Shown here: one piece after another, positions 13,171-26,579 of the stretch
How positions within the stretch are numbered: the first letter of the stretch is position 1
How the letters are laid out: every line of letters begins with the position of its first letter
Origin: Macrostomum lignano
Lineage: Eukaryota
NCBI GenBank assembly: GCA_002269645.1
Contig: NIVC01000006.1
Location: 992,001-1,056,000 of the forward strand
Length of the DNA: 64,000 nt
Reading direction: 5' to 3'
Notes under the pieces: model-generated
What the model saw: only the letters and a program-made list of their open reading frames with translations
The model's database searches: none
Told to the model about the DNA's origin: nothing
Position numbers and translations under genes: made by a program

Positions 13171-14665
13171 CAAGGTGCAAGATCTCAACTGTTTGAGCGC
13201 AACCTCGCTGCCCCATCTCATCCCACATACTATACCAGCTGCCCAGCTCAAATATGACATGGTTGACAATCCGACAGGACTCACGAGAGCAGCCCAACAG
13301 CTAACAAAGATGTTCAGCAGCACAATCTACAATAAGTTGCACCACCATCCGTCAGATATCATTTGTAGATTAAGAATAGAACTTGTTTCAAAAGAAAATA
13401 ATAATCAGTTTTTTCAGGATGCTCCATCCACAATGCCACGTCAAAGGAAGGCTGGCAGTCTGAATGACGCAATCAGGTCACTCGCGTGGACGCTTAAAAG
13501 GTTTCAGGATTTTCAGTCGGTCAGACGCTGACTTTTAGACGAGGTGATGACGTCATGATAGATGGAGGCTGCAGGAGCAGGGGGGGGTCAGAGGGCAGTA
13601 ATTATTTACTGACGGCGAGATGAGATGCCCCGCCTCTGTCCAAGCGTATGCAGGAAGGGTGCGTATGGACTCAAAGCTTGGCTCTGCACAACAACCTTGG
13701 GGGCATTGAAGAGTGCAGCTTGCAACGATTTGCAACGACCTCTGAATGTGTGCACGTGGGCTATAGTTCAAGGACCACTAGGAGTTATTATACCGCTGTT
13801 ATCAGGACTGTAGCTTGAAGTTGGCGTGTGTGTTTTGCTCCGAGATTGAGCGCGCCAATACTGCATGTGCAGCGGCCCTTTGACTTTCTATTCGTCAGGT
13901 GTGTACAGTCTGTTTGGCTTGGGGGGTTGGCCCTGATGGGAGTGCATTCACATTAGTGTTAAAAACGGTAAATTCGACTTTAAATTCCAAACCCGATCCC
14001 AACTCGATGAGCGCTCTATTGTGAAAGCTCCCATCGCATTCGCTCGCATGCCTGGAAAGTTAAAGAATTTTTAATTAAGGGTCTGCTCAGTGCCGGCTGA
14101 ATTCGTTCGTTGAGCAGCAGAACTCGGTGCACATGGAGAAGCAGTCAGACAGACATTGTCAGGGCATGGCCCATGGCGCGTTGTGAGCCGGTGACGCGGA
14201 ATCAGACTGGCTGTGGAGGGCAGAGAAGATGAAGCATAGGAATCTGTTCTGCCGCAGGCTTTGTGAAATTATTGATTGCGCCACAATATTTGGGGAAGTC
14301 ACCTCCGCAGAATTAAAGGGGGAAGGGAAGGGCTCCTCTACTCCCGGGGGGAGATGAAGCAGAGATGCTGGAGAGAAGATGCCGAGCTGTTAATGCTAGA
14401 ATGGATAAAGAATGACACGGGGCAGACTGCACAGACAGTTATGAATGGGTCAGGATAGATGATGATTGTCCTTTGTTGTAAGGCTGAGACTTTTGAGACA
14501 AAGCCGCTTTTGGAGGTTGAGTCTGCGCAATAGGCTGAAATAATTTGCGGTTAGGGTGAAAACCCTTGGGAGAGGGACTTATTATACTGTCGAAATGGCA
14601 CAGAAAGTTTAAAATGGCACTTTTCTGCCAAAAAATGGTGCTATTTTATGATTTAATAGTAATTA

Positions 14666-14970
14666 TTGATGATAATAATAATTGATTACACCTGCCCTAA
14701 TGTGCAGATGTGCAACCGACAGCTCAGCCGCAGCTATTGCTCGGCGCATCTGAAGGCTGCGTACGGCTGTTCAGTCCAAGGGGGGGGGGTGCCACACAAA
14801 CCCTCAATCACCTCAGCTAATGCTGGCACCCATTTTACAGCGGGTGAACTGAAGCAATGCAGAGTTAAGTGTCCTGCTCAAGGACAAAAATTGTTCCAGT
14901 TGAGATCGGGAATCGAACCTCCAACCTTCAAGTCGTTAGTCCGACGCTCTTACCACTGGCTACAACCCCT
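14666..14970 (-). mobile_element. tRNA-derived CORE-type SINE, copy 1
   Basis: Minus strand has A-box TAGCCAGTGG and B-box GGTTCGATTCCC, a MIR/CORE-like segment TGTCCTTGAGCAGGACACTTAACTCTGCATTGCTTCAGTTCACCCGCTGTAAAATGGGT, and an (ATT)n-like tail. Second copy at 62710-62931. Confidence 0.85.
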
Positions 14971-15848
14971 ATGACTGCAATTATGATATTATCATTAGCT
15001 TTTTGAACAGACTAGGGGAGCAGTCAGTGGCGGTTAAGGGTCAATTCTCGTATTCTTAATTTCTAACATTAAAAATGGCACCAAGAACCAAATTTTTCAG
15101 TTAGAGCACTTCTGCGACAGCAATGCTATGTCGTATCTTCCAGTTGACACAAGACAAGTTGAAATCAAGCAACACAAGGCTCAGCCACAGAAATTTACAC
15201 ATCAATCCATAATTGCTCGCTGGCCCGCTAAACACCAGCCAATGAAACACAAAAAATTCAACTCAAACTTTGATGATATCATTATCCATTGTTCTGTTGT
15301 AGCAGAGTTAGCCATCTATATAGAGTAGAAAAACCTTGGCAACTAAGCATACTCGAGGGCAATGGCGCACGGGGCCGATCAAATTAAGCAATCAATTGAC
15401 CTGCCATATATTTATATTTATGATAGTTATCAGCAACAGACAATAGCCAAGCGAAATATTCCGAAGCAAAAAGGTAAGATCGAGAGAATTGGGGCCGCGG
15501 ACGCCAGACAAAAGGAGATCTTCTGAAAATTTGGCCAATTTCTTTACGGACAAGTTGAGAACAAGTTTGCCTGGCTCCCAATTATTGTTTCGAGTTCTCA
15601 GGGCCACGAGCGCGCCATTGCCGAGCAGTTTTAGCTTGGGGAAGAGAGTCAGTTCTTCAGGACAGGTTAATGCCCCGCGGGGGTCCTTCAGGAACTACCA
15701 AAGATAGAATATGGCGGGGCAAGAGCTTGCTAGTTTTTTAGATTGGGCAAACCAGCAATTTTGTGATGCCGCCTAAAGATAATAAATAGTAATATTTGCC
15801 GGCATCACTGGTTCTTGGCTTTCTGCAACACAACCATACAATCGCTAC

Positions 15849-16175
15849 GGGGTGCTTTCACAAGGTCGAAATTTCACAACGTCGAAAAGAAAATTATTTC
15901 ACAAGGTCGAAACTTCACAGCGTCGAAAACTTTAGCAAAGGACTTCATAAGGTCGAAATTTCACAACGTAGAAAACTCAAATGGCAGCAACTTTCACAAG
16001 GTCGAAACTTCATAAGCTCGAAATTTCAGTATTTCACAACGTCGAAATTTAATATAACAAGAACCATACATTAGTTTTCAACGTTGTGAAATTTCGACCT
16101 TGTAAAATTTCGATCTTGTGAAAGAAGGTGCTTTCAACGTTGTGAAATTTCGAGTTTGTGAAACCCCCACCCCTC
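15849..16175. mobile_element. Foldback element (MULE-like family shared with 53710-54322)
   Basis: Starts GGGGTGCTTTCACAAGGTCGAAATTTCAC. Arms built of CACAAGGTCGAAATTT subrepeats, inverted after about 16070. No TSD found. Confidence 0.7.
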
Positions 16176-18609
16176 CAAAGAAAACTGGTTCTGTAACAAC
16201 TGTTTCTCGAAATAGAATTCCTTGAGCTCATGCGCCGTCCAATTAGAAGTTTTGTTTGGTGACAACCAGATTTTTGCGGTCCTCGGCTCGGCTCCCCAGT
16301 GGGGTGGGGGCCGCCCGGCATCAAGTTCGCCTAGATACTAAAACACATTGGCATCGCAAGTATGAGTTGTAAAACAGCGGTCCCTACAAGTTTTGGGCGA
16401 ATAATTCCTCAACAGCTGATTGAGTTGAGTCGAGTATAAGAGGAGAGAGAATTGAACTTCTTCTTCTTCACAGAAAAAGACAAGTGGCAATGAGATATTA
16501 GGGGGAGTTGATCAGGCAGACAACAACTAACTGCCTACTCAGATCTCAACAGGCAATTGACGCAGGCATTCCGAAGACCGGAGTTCGACCCCCCGCGGGC
16601 AGTGTTTGACAGCTCAATCGGTCTCCGCGCTGCCTAGGAAACCAGAATTTCATAGCCTCCGGTTCGGTTGAAATCGAAGTCGATCTTTGCTATAGCCGCT
16701 ATTTGATGGAGTGGCACCGACAATTTAATGTTGGACTAAATTTTTCTACTTCAGGACAAAATATTTCCCGATTTTCGAACCAAGACTTTCAAGCTCAAGT
16801 TGGTAAACAAATCTTTTGGTAAAATCTTGATATGGAAAAATTTTTGTCATCCACTTCAACTTCAGCTGCGAACTCCCAACCTGTAAAGTGTCAATAAGTT
16901 TAGGCAAATAGTCATTGCATTGCGCAATCATAGGCAACTTTTGAGTGAGTATAAGGAATGTATTTGTAAGCACAGGCATAGGCCAGCAGGTGCGAATAAC
17001 TGAAGTTTCTAATTTGGCACCTGTATTTCGCGAAATCTGTTTACTCTCTCTGCTCATAATTACTGAAGTATTGAGGCATGAATTAGCTGAATAGCTTAAG
17101 CTCAATTCCATTGAATTTTTACCTGTGTAACCCCACCTTTAGTATAGAAAGAGTTAGTGTAAGTTAGTGGTGCTCATATTGTTTTAGGTACGAATACTGG
17201 ACATGCCGCTCAATTTGATGTTCATGCATCCTTTTCCCAACCTCAGAGATTTTGTTTAGGTGCGCACTAATCTTTGACGATAACATTACTTTCAGCAAAT
17301 ATATATTGTCCGCCCGTGGAACATCTTTCTGTGTAATTATCAGTTTGTTAAATCGTGCTCATGCTTTGATCATGCGGCTCAAGGATTCCTGAGCACGCTA
17401 TTAGAAACGGCTTGAGCTGTTTGTTAGTCTACTATTGAGTTTCTTTTTAACTCGCCAATAGCCCCAACAAGTATTGTGAAGCAAATCCTCCATCCCGATC
17501 GGGCTCCAACAGTTGGTGACTGCGAGTCTGCCGAAGAAGTGGGTTGAAGAGGGGCCGTCATTGAAGAAGTATTCGTCATTCTGGCCGAACAGATGGTCGC
17601 GGGTTGATATGCGAGTCCTACCGAAAGCGAATAAATAGCGTAAATATGATCCCCTTTCATATTCCAGTAAATCGCCGGCAGGCCATCATTCAACTTCTGT
17701 CGCGATGGGGCTTGGGAGGGGTCTCTTTTTCGTCTCACACAGGACCAAACTCTTTGACTTGCTTGCCTATAGGATTTGTAGACTGGCTCTCCCTCTTTCT
17801 CAATTAGAATGTCTTTCCAATCGAGAGCTATTTTGATCGTTCAACAACGATATAGGAGTCTCCAAGGCGGGTATTCATATTTGAGCTGGGAGTTGCGAGC
17901 TCCCTGCAGTAAGCGCTGTGGCAGCGACCATCATGGTGTCGGTTTAGAAAATGCCAGGTTTAAAGAAAAGCTTTAGGTTGTATTTTCGTTAGACTTCAGA
18001 GGCTCAGGAGTATAAAGGATAGAGTAGAAATGTTGCTATTTTAATTTATTTTTGACTTTAACTTTTTGACTGGTGCCAGCTGAAGACTCATTCACACTGC
18101 CTTCAAATGCGCAACCAAATCACACGACCAATGTACAAGGAATCAAATTTGATGTAAAATCAACATCATTTGGAGCTAAGCCAACCCCCAAGGCACAGAG
18201 ACTGTACATGCCTGGGGATTATAGAAGTAGAAAGTCAAATTGCCGCTGTACCCCCCTTGTGATCGCGTGTCTGAGGGCGTGCCAGCGTACAGTATTGGCG
18301 CGCTTGTGTGCGCTAAGAGTTGGTTGTGGGACGATTTCACACGATGGCAATATAGAGCTGCCACACTTTATCATCAGATTAGTTAAACTCAAAATTTTGT
18401 GTAGTCAAGCAAATTCCCAATTGAGAATTAGACTTTCAAGCGCAGCAAAAATAATTGCTCAACTTTTATCGCACCCCAAAATTTCATTAAAGCTGCAAGA
18501 CGGCCAGCCAGGCTCTTCTGGACTCCAACTGTGCAATTTATCCGGGTGGGTTAATTAACCAAAACCCCTTAGTGAGACGGCTTGATCATGGACTTCTGGA
18601 ACCACAAGT

Positions 18610-18632
18610 CCATCTATCTATCTATCCATCTG

Positions 18633-18678
<46 letters not shown>

Positions 18679-18684
18679 CATTTG

Positions 18685-18719
<35 letters not shown>

Positions 18720-18811
18720 GTCTGTCTGTCTATCTATCTACCTATCTACCTATCTATCTATCTATCTGTCTATCTATCTACCTATCTACCTATCTATCTA
18801 TCTGTCTATCC

Positions 18812-18845
<34 letters not shown>

Positions 18846-18865
18846 TTATCTATCTATCTATCTGT

Positions 18866-18906
<41 letters not shown>

Positions 18907-18953
18907 AATCAATCAATCAATCTATCTATCTGTCTATCTATCTACCTATCTAC

Positions 18954-18999
<46 letters not shown>

Positions 19000-19033
19000 G
19001 TCTGTCTGTCTGTCTATCTATCTACCTATCTAC

Positions 19034-19121
<88 letters not shown>

Positions 19122-19125
19122 ATCT
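18610..19125. repeat. (TCTA)n microsatellite
   Basis: Tetranucleotide array with TCTG/CCTA variants. Confidence 0.97.
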
Positions 19126-19834
19126 AGCTATACATCATCCTTGGGGAGCTTCTCTACATATCCTATGATATTTGGCGAAGATTTTCACTAGCTAACTAGC
19201 TTCCAGTCCAAGGGGCGCTTTTAACTCAGTGGTGTCCATGGCTCTGATCCAAAGCGAAAATTCCCTCCGGGCTTGCAACTATAGAGAGCAGAGTAGACTC
19301 GAGAGACCTGTTGCAACCCTTTTGGCCGGCTAATTATACCACTGACCCCCAATTAACGCACGTGCCTCTGCCACGGGACTACCTTGACCTTCCTCGTCCC
19401 CCAATGCAGTCTATAGCAGTTGCTGGGCAATTATACATCATGGAACGCAACCCAGGGGCCAGAAAGCAAGATCAAGCTCACCGCAGCTTTGCATCAGCAG
19501 CCTAGCTGCGAGGTCCTTAATGAAAAAAACAGGTGTTAAAATAGAAACAGTTTAATTAAATCGATTTGAGTAGAGACAGACTGCAGCGCAACAAAGACTC
19601 AAAAATTAGGGAGACCAGCAATTATCTTTCTGAGTCCAGAAGTTTATTACCCCAAGTGGTTTCCAAGCCTTATTCTTGCCTGACAGCTTTTATTACAGCT
19701 GCAGATTTAAACGGTGCGTAATCAAAAAAATGTGCTGGCCAAGAGCCAAGGAGCTGACACGCAAAGTTTGCTGCATGCAATTCATTTTTAAGCAACAAAT
19801 ATGTTCCAGTAACAGAATACCTACAGGTCTGCAT

Positions 19835-20513
19835 GCAGACAGCAAAGATTAGATACAGACAGTAGGGATGAGACACAGACAGTAGGGATGAGATACAGAC
19901 AGTAGGGATGAGACACAGACAGTAGGGATGAGACACAGACAGCAGGGATGAGACACAGACAGTAGGGATGAGACACAGACAGTAGGGATGAGACACAGAC
20001 AGCAGGGATGAGACACAGACGGTAGGGATGAGACACAGACAGTAGGGATGAGATACAGACAGTAGGAATGAGACACAGACAGTAGGGATGAGACACAGAC
20101 AGTAGGGATGAGACACAGACAGCAGAGATGAGACACAGACAGTAGGGATGAGATACAGACAGTAGGAATGAGACACAGACAGTAGGGATGAGACACAGAC
20201 AGTAGGGATGAGACACAGACAGCAGAGATGAGACACAGACAGTAGGGATGAGACAAAGACAGTAGGGATGAGACACATACAGCAGAGATGAGACACAGAC
20301 GGTAGGGATGAGACACAGACAGTAGGGATGAGATACAGACAGTAGGAATGAGACACAGACAGTAGGGATGAGACACAGACAGTAGGGATGATACACAGAC
20401 AGCAGGGATGAGATACAGACAGTAGGAATGAGACACAGACAGTAGGGATGAGACACAGACGGTAGGGATGAGACACAGACGGTAGGGATGAGACACAGAC
20501 GGTAGGGATGAGA
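19835..20513. repeat. 20-bp minisatellite
   Basis: Unit ACAGACAGTAGGGATGAGAC. Confidence 0.95.
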
Positions 20514-21111
20514 CTACTACAAACAAAATACTAAACAAAATACTGTTAGCCTACTTAAAGCAGACAGATAAGAAATGCAGAAAACTCAAGTATAAAACAG
20601 TAAATTACTTTGATTTTACTCGTACTTTATCTTAAACTGCTTAGAACGTCAAGCAGCTCTGCAACACACGCACACATATGCGCATGTACTTTTATATTTA
20701 TTTTATTAATTGTTAAATATTCTTAGCAGACAAAGCGGGGTTCCGCTTGATAACAAATTTGTGACTCAGCTGTGAGCAGATAAGCAACCTATTGTGTCAT
20801 GAAGTCAATTACAGCAAAATAAAACCGTTAGCTTTGTAAGATAATTTCAAAAGATTTAAAGTTTAATAGTTAATGAGCTTTTAAACTTCAGATTACATGT
20901 GCCATAAATAGTGTCTGCATAAAATAATTAGACATACTAATAGGAATGTTAGAGGAATGTGTCAAGCAAACTCCACGATGCCAGCCAAAACGATTATTTA
21001 AATAATAATAACTTTATTTCCTTTAATTAAAACAAAACCTGCTTGCGCTAAAATAAAAATCGAACTCAGTAACTTGCAGTACAGCTGAATCTGAGCTACT
21101 GAGAGTGATTT

Positions 21112-21860
21112 TCGAATCTCACAATGACCTTGAAATCTCGCAGTGACCCAGGAATCTTCCAATGACCTTGAAATCTCGCAGTGACCCAGGAATCTTCCAA
21201 TGACCTTGAAATCTTACAGAGACCAAAGAATCTTCCAATGACCTTGAAATCTTACAGGGACCAAAGAATCTTCCAATGACCTTGAAATCTTACAGAGACC
21301 AAAGAATCTTCCAATGACCTTGAAATCTTACAGAGACCAAAGAATCTTCCAATGACCTTGAAATCTTACAGAGACCAAAGAATCTTCCAATAACCTTGAA
21401 ATCTTACAGAGATCAAAGAATCTTCCAATGACCTAATCTAATCTTACAGAGATCAAAGAATCTTCCAATGACCTTGAAATCTTACAGAGACCAAAGAATC
21501 TTCCAATGACCTTGAAATCTTACAGAGACCAAAGAATCTTCCAATGACCTTGAAATCTTACAGAGATCAAAGAATCTTCCAATGACCTAATCTAATCTTA
21601 CAGAGATCAAAGAATCTTCTAATGACCTTGAAATCTTACAGAGACCAAAGAATCTTCCAATGACCTTGAAATCTTACAGAGACCAAAGAATCTTCCAATG
21701 ACCTTGAAATCTTACAGAGATCAAAGAATCTTCCAATGACCTAATCTAATCTTACAGAGATCAAAGAATCTTCCAATGACCTTGAAATCTTACAGAGACC
21801 AAAGAATCTTCCAATGACCTTGAAATCTCACAGTGACCCAGAAATATTACAAGGACCTCG
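21112..21860. repeat. 38-bp minisatellite
   Basis: Unit AATGACCTTGAAATCTTACAGAGACCAAAGAATCTTCC. Confidence 0.95.
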
Positions 21861-22379
21861 AAACCTCAGTTAGCTTTCTACCAAAACAGTGAATAAAAAA
21901 AGTAAAAGTGAGTCGCCATACCTTAAATAAAGTTCAGTGTGACCTTAAATTAAAAACAAAACATGCGCTGTCAAAGTTAACCAAAAATGTCGGAAACAAA
22001 GTCAGCATAAAATTGTTACACAGCCAAGAATTGGAAGAAGTAAGAACTGTAGAACGATAAAGTGAGGCACATAGACAAAATATAACCGTATAATTTAGCT
22101 TTTCAGTCAGGATAAAAACTATTTAAAACGAGATAAACACTGGCTGCTGCTGCTTTTAAAAGTATTAAAAGAATAATTATTTTTTGTACCTTTAATATTA
22201 GAATTAACACCTCTACCAGGACGTCTTTGACCAAAGTTAGGTGCACATCTGCTAGTATACATGTACAGTATACCTTAATACATTTTCGATATTACCTTGG
22301 ATTAATCAGAAAATTGAAAGGGATGATTTTTGGAATTCGAAAATCGATGGGATTTCTAGGATTATTATGATCCGAATAC

Positions 22380-23250
22380 TCATGGGATTTTTGGGATTTG
22401 GAATCTGATGGGATTATTGGGATTTGGAATCTGATGGGATTATTGGGATTTGGAATCTGATGGAATTATTGGGATTTGGAATCTGATGGGACTTTTGGGA
22501 TTTGGAATCTGATGGGACTTTTGGGATTTGGAATCTGATGGGATTATTGGGATTTGGAATCTGATGGGATTATTGGGATTTGGAATCTGATGGGATTTTT
22601 GGAATTTGGGATCTGATGGGATTATTGGGATTTAGAATCTGATGGAATTATTGGGATTTGGAATCTGATGGAATTATTGGGATTTGGAATCTGATGGGAT
22701 TTTTGGGATTTGGAATCTGATGGGATTATTGGGATTTGGAATCTGATGGGATTATTGGGATTTGGAATCTGATGGGATTATTGGGATTTGGAATCTGATG
22801 GGATTATTGGGATTTGGAATTTGATGGGATTATTGGGATTTGGAATCTGATGGGATTTTTGGAATTTGGGATCTGATGGGATTATTGGGATTTAGAATCT
22901 GATGGGATTTTTGGGATTTGGGATCTAATGGGATTTTTGGGATTTGGAATCTGATGGGATTTTTGGAATTTGGGATCTGATGGGATTATTGGGATTTAGA
23001 ATCTGATGGGATCTTTGGGATTTAGGATTTGATGGGAATATTGGGATTTAGGATCTGATGGAATTATTGGGATTTGGAATCTGATGGGATTATTGGGATT
23101 TGGAATCTGATGGGATTATTGGGATTTGGAATCTGATGGGATTATTGGGATTTGGGATCTGATGGGATTCTTGGGATTTGGGATCTGATGGGATTCTTGG
23201 GAGTTGCGATATGAAAATTTTTGGGATTTTTGGGATTTGGGATCTGAAAA
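22380..23250. repeat. 26-bp minisatellite just 3' of SCAMP stop
   Basis: Unit GATGGGATTATTGGGATTTGGAATCT. Confidence 0.95.
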
Positions 23251-23419
23251 CTGTAGGGATTAATATTTAAGGAGTTCGTTAATCGATTAAACTCCGTGCA
23301 CAGCAACTGAGGGGTTAAAAAACAAAGAAATCGATAAATTTCTATACTCAAGTTCAGAAAAGCTACCCCCCCAAAAAAAGTATTTTATCAAAATTTGTTC
23401 AATTTAGTTTCCTAAAGCT

Positions 23420-23590
23420 TCAATATCGTCCGCCGCTGCCGCCGCCGCTGCCGCTGGCCATCGCCGAGAAAGTGGACGTGGCGGCGCCGGCTGCCGCGCT
23501 GCGCACCGTTTCGTTGGCGGCGACGCCCTGGCTGAGCTCCTGACGGGCTTTGGCGAAGCTGGCGCCGGAGCTGCGGTAGATTCGGTGCAC
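23420..23590 (-). CDS. SCAMP: SCAMP (secretory carrier membrane protein) exon 5, terminal
   Basis: Acceptor ctccccaaag|GTG. VHRIYRSSGASFAKARQELSQGVAANETVRSAAAGAA...GGRY* matches the SCAMP C-terminus (VHxxYRxxGASFxKAQxEF). TGA at 23422-23420. Confidence 0.93.
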   Translation of the reverse strand: MHRIYRSSGASFAKARQELSQGVAANETVRSAAAGAATSTFSAMASGSGGGSGGRY

Positions 23591-23707
23591 CTTTGGGGAG
23601 TTTTTTGGAGGGAGGAGGTTTAGAAGGCGCATGGCGAAGAGACTGCGTTATGCTACTGACATTGAGTAGGAGAAACCGCAAACGGAGGTTATATTTGTTA
23701 TAATATC

Positions 23708-23821
23708 GCCCCAGAGTCGTTGCAGGTAACACAGTAAAGTCACACAGAAAGTCTTCAAAGATTCGCCTAAGAGTCAATTTGAAGCGTTTTATTGTCTGCG
23801 TTTCTAAAACGCCTCTGGGGC
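23708..23821. mobile_element. Small element with GCCCCAGAG...CTCTGGGGC inverted termini (family also at about 47750-48150 and 54511-55142)
   Basis: Shared internal AAACGCxTCAAATTGACTCTTAGGCGAATCTTTGA and TTACCTGCAACGACTCTGGGGC segments. No TSD resolved. Confidence 0.6.
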
Positions 23822-24054
23822 CGATCCCGGCCGGCTGGCGAGGGGTCTGGCCAAGGTAAGTCGCAAAAATGCCCACCCGAAAATGACAGACGTATTACTA
23901 CTTAGATGACGAGGCATTTAACCTTAATAGGACAGTCATAGTTACTTCTGCCGTTTACCCGAAATTGCGATAATTTTTCTTTCGGGTTTCTTTCACAGGT
24001 AAGTCGCACGGCCAGTGTAAACCAGGGGGGGGGGGGGGAGGTTGCGCATGTATG
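23822..24054 (-). mobile_element. Truncated hAT-type MITE carrying a 28S rRNA-derived segment (23898-23961)
   Basis: Ends GGTTGCGCATGTATG (family TIR). Collinear with the reverse complement of 38632-38909 both inside and outside the rRNA-like core. Left TIR missing. Confidence 0.8.
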
Positions 24055-24089
24055 TTGACCGCATTAAGAATCTAGTGGAGTGAACTCAC

Positions 24090-24309
24090 CCTTATGATAA
24101 GCAGAACATCAGCAATCACCAGCAAGGTGAACAGGGCGGCAATCACCATCATGAACACCCCAGCGCCAAGTTTAACTTTCAGAGTAGCGGCGCCGTTAAT
24201 CCAGCCGCAGGAGCCCAGGTAATTGATGCCGAGGCACTGCACAATCAGGACGCAGATTTGCACGGCGATCAGCAGAAAGAAGAAGAAGAAATTGAAGCTG
24301 CTGTCGTTT
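24090..24309 (-). CDS. SCAMP: SCAMP exon 4
   Basis: Acceptor ccgccag|A. NDSSFNFFFFFLLIAVQICVLIVQCLGI...GSCGWING...LLIIR. Donor AGG|GTGAGT. Confidence 0.93.
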
Positions 24310-24391
24310 CTGGCGGAAGAAAAAACATTGGCGCGTAATGCAAAATTGACATGATGTTCGATTTGAAATCTGCTGACATGCAGTTTAGGAG

Positions 24392-24830
24392 TGGTCACTG
24401 ATCCTCAAATATCCAGTGACTGTGACTGCTGACTGGTCACTGATGCAGTGACTGAAACTGGTCACTTATCTTCAGTGACTGAAACTGGTCACTGATCCTT
24501 AACTATCCAGTGACCGTGACTGGTCACTGATGCAGTGACTGAAACTGGTCACTGATCTTTAACTATCCAGTGACTGTGACTGGTCACTGATGCAGTGACT
24601 GAAACTGGTCACTTATCTTCAGTGACTGAAACTGGTCACTGATCCTTAACTATCCAGTGACTGTGACTGGTCACTGATGCAGTGACTGAAACTGGTCACT
24701 GATCTTTAACTATCCAGTGACTGTGACTGGTCACTGATCTTCAACTATCCAGTGACGGTGACTGGTCACTGATGCAGTGACTGAAACTGGTCACTGATGC
24801 TGAAATATACAGTGACTGGGAATGGTCACT
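24392..24830. repeat. Palindromic GTCACTG/CAGTGAC minisatellite in SCAMP intron 3
   Basis: Compound units containing ACTGGTCACTGAT...CAGTGACTG. Confidence 0.9.
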
Positions 24831-25135
24831 AAACCAGTTTTTTTATCAGAGACAGGGGGTTGTGTGCACCCTGGCGCACTTTAAGCGACATTGTCACACA
24901 ACCGGCGAGAGGCAGTACTACCGATTCCGCTGACTCCCCTGAGCAGGCACACACTCACACAGGAGTGCACAGCGGCCGTAACTGTATTCATCGTTAGGCA
25001 TGTACACCTCAATGTGACTTGGGTGTTGGCCCCATACGAGGGCGCCGCGCTAGACCCAAAGACTCTAAATAATGCGACTCAATACTCAATAACAATGAAA
25101 TGAATAGAAGTGGCTATAACAGCGGGGAAACTCAC

Positions 25136-25439
25136 TTAAACGCCTTGTACAAAGGCCTGAACCAGCACAGATAGGAGCAGGGCACCAGAATGATGCACAC
25201 CAGCAGAGACACGCCAAACACCGTGCCAGACGTGATGGCGTCCGTCTTAGGGGAGACAATAAAATAGGTGAGAGTGCCGATGATGTTGACAAGCAGCAGA
25301 ACGCTGTGAACCAGCCACAGGTAGTAGCCGAGCTTCACCACCAGCCGGTACTCGGCGGGAATCTCCTGATCGAAATCCTGGTAGAAGCAGGGGCCGACAG
25401 GGCAGCAGGCGGGCAGTGGCGGCCAGTTGTTGGGGCTCT
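25136..25439 (-). CDS. SCAMP: SCAMP exon 3
   Basis: NNWPPLPACCPVGPCFYQDFDQEIP...CSYLCWFRPLYKAF contains the SCAMP NWPPLP motif and the E-peptide CWxRPxYKAF. Donor AA|GTGAGT. Confidence 0.95.
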
Positions 25440-25574
25440 CTGTCCAAGAGGGTAGTTAGTAGTCAGTTCAGTACAGAAATAAAAGTGTAATGTAGACATT
25501 GTAACCCTTTTCATGGCAATTAAAGTCTGCGTTGATAAATTTAATTACAAGGCGCCAAAAATTAAAGTTTAGCA

Positions 25575-26030
25575 GTAAAATCTCCAAGGTGAGTAATATA
25601 GTCAAAGTGGGCAGTAAAACTCCAAGGTAAGTAATATCAAAAGTTTAGCAAAAAAATCTCTTAAGTGGGAACTGAAATCAAGTCGAGTAATAAAACTCCA
25701 AGGTGAGTAATAAAATCTCCAAGGTGAGTAATAAAACTCCCAAGGTGAGTAATAAAATCTCCAAGGTGAGTAATAAAACTCCCAAGGTGAGTAATAAAAC
25801 TCCAAGGTGAGTAATAAAACTCCCAAGGTGAGTAATAAAATCTCCAAGGTGAGTAATAAAACTCCCAAGGTGAGTAATAAAACTCCAAGGTGAGTAATAA
25901 AACTCCCAAGGTGAGTAATAAAATCTCCAAGGTGAGTAATAAAACTCCAAGGTGAGTAATAAAACTCCAAGGTGAGTAATAAAACTCCCAAGGTGAGTAA
26001 TAAAATATCCAAGGTGAGTAATAAACTCAC
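25575..26030. repeat. 20/21-bp minisatellite in SCAMP intron 2
   Basis: Unit CCAAGGTGAGTAATAAAACT(C). Confidence 0.95.
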
Positions 26031-26132
26031 CAATTAGGTGATAAACATTATGCCAAAAAATTGAAAACCAAAAACGAGACCTGCAGATATTAATATGTAC
26101 TTCTAAGCCAGCAACCAATCATAGAAACTCAC

Positions 26133-26403
26133 GCGAACCGGCAGCGCCAGCGGAGCTCTCCGCCTCTCTTTGCCTTTGTTCGGCTTCTCTACGTTCGAGT
26201 TCCCGAGATTTGGCCTCCAATTCGCGCTGACGGCGCTCCAATTCGTCGCTGGAGATTCTCTGCTGAGCGCTGGCCGTGTAGGCTGGGGGTGGAGCCGCCT
26301 GCTGCGGCTGGGTCTTATCGAATGGGTTGTAGTCGCCTGTGGTGCCACCGCCACCGCCGCCGCCAGCCCCACTGCTTGTGCGGGCCTGCTGCACTGATGG
26401 GTC
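26133..26403 (-). CDS. SCAMP: SCAMP exon 2
   Basis: Acceptor ccatag|GAC. DPSVQQA...DYNPFDK...ELERRQRELEAKSRELERRE contains an NPF motif and the coiled coil. Donor C|GTGAGT. Confidence 0.92.
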
Positions 26404-26579
26404 CTATGGAATGCAAAGTACAAATTGCATAAATGATAATTGTCAGCCAATAATATTGAGCAACCTACTGGTACCACTAATTATTATTATTAATTAATTA
26501 TTAATTAACTTTAAAAAAAATTTTCTGACTCTTTTGCACGATGTGCTAAGTAGGCAATAGGTTTTTTTGTAAAATTTAG

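Noticed and set aside
14900-14970. tRNA gene
   Set aside because: A and B boxes are present but continue into a CORE domain and tail, with a second copy at 62.7-62.9 kb; it is a SINE head with no full cloverleaf.
18572-20538. Long LSIY, DRQT, CLIPTV and similar periodic ORFs throughout the track
   Set aside because: These are translations of micro- and minisatellites (also 619-1173, 6391-6959, 25602-26118, 30017-30791, 39642-40568, 56001-56451, 57197-57536).
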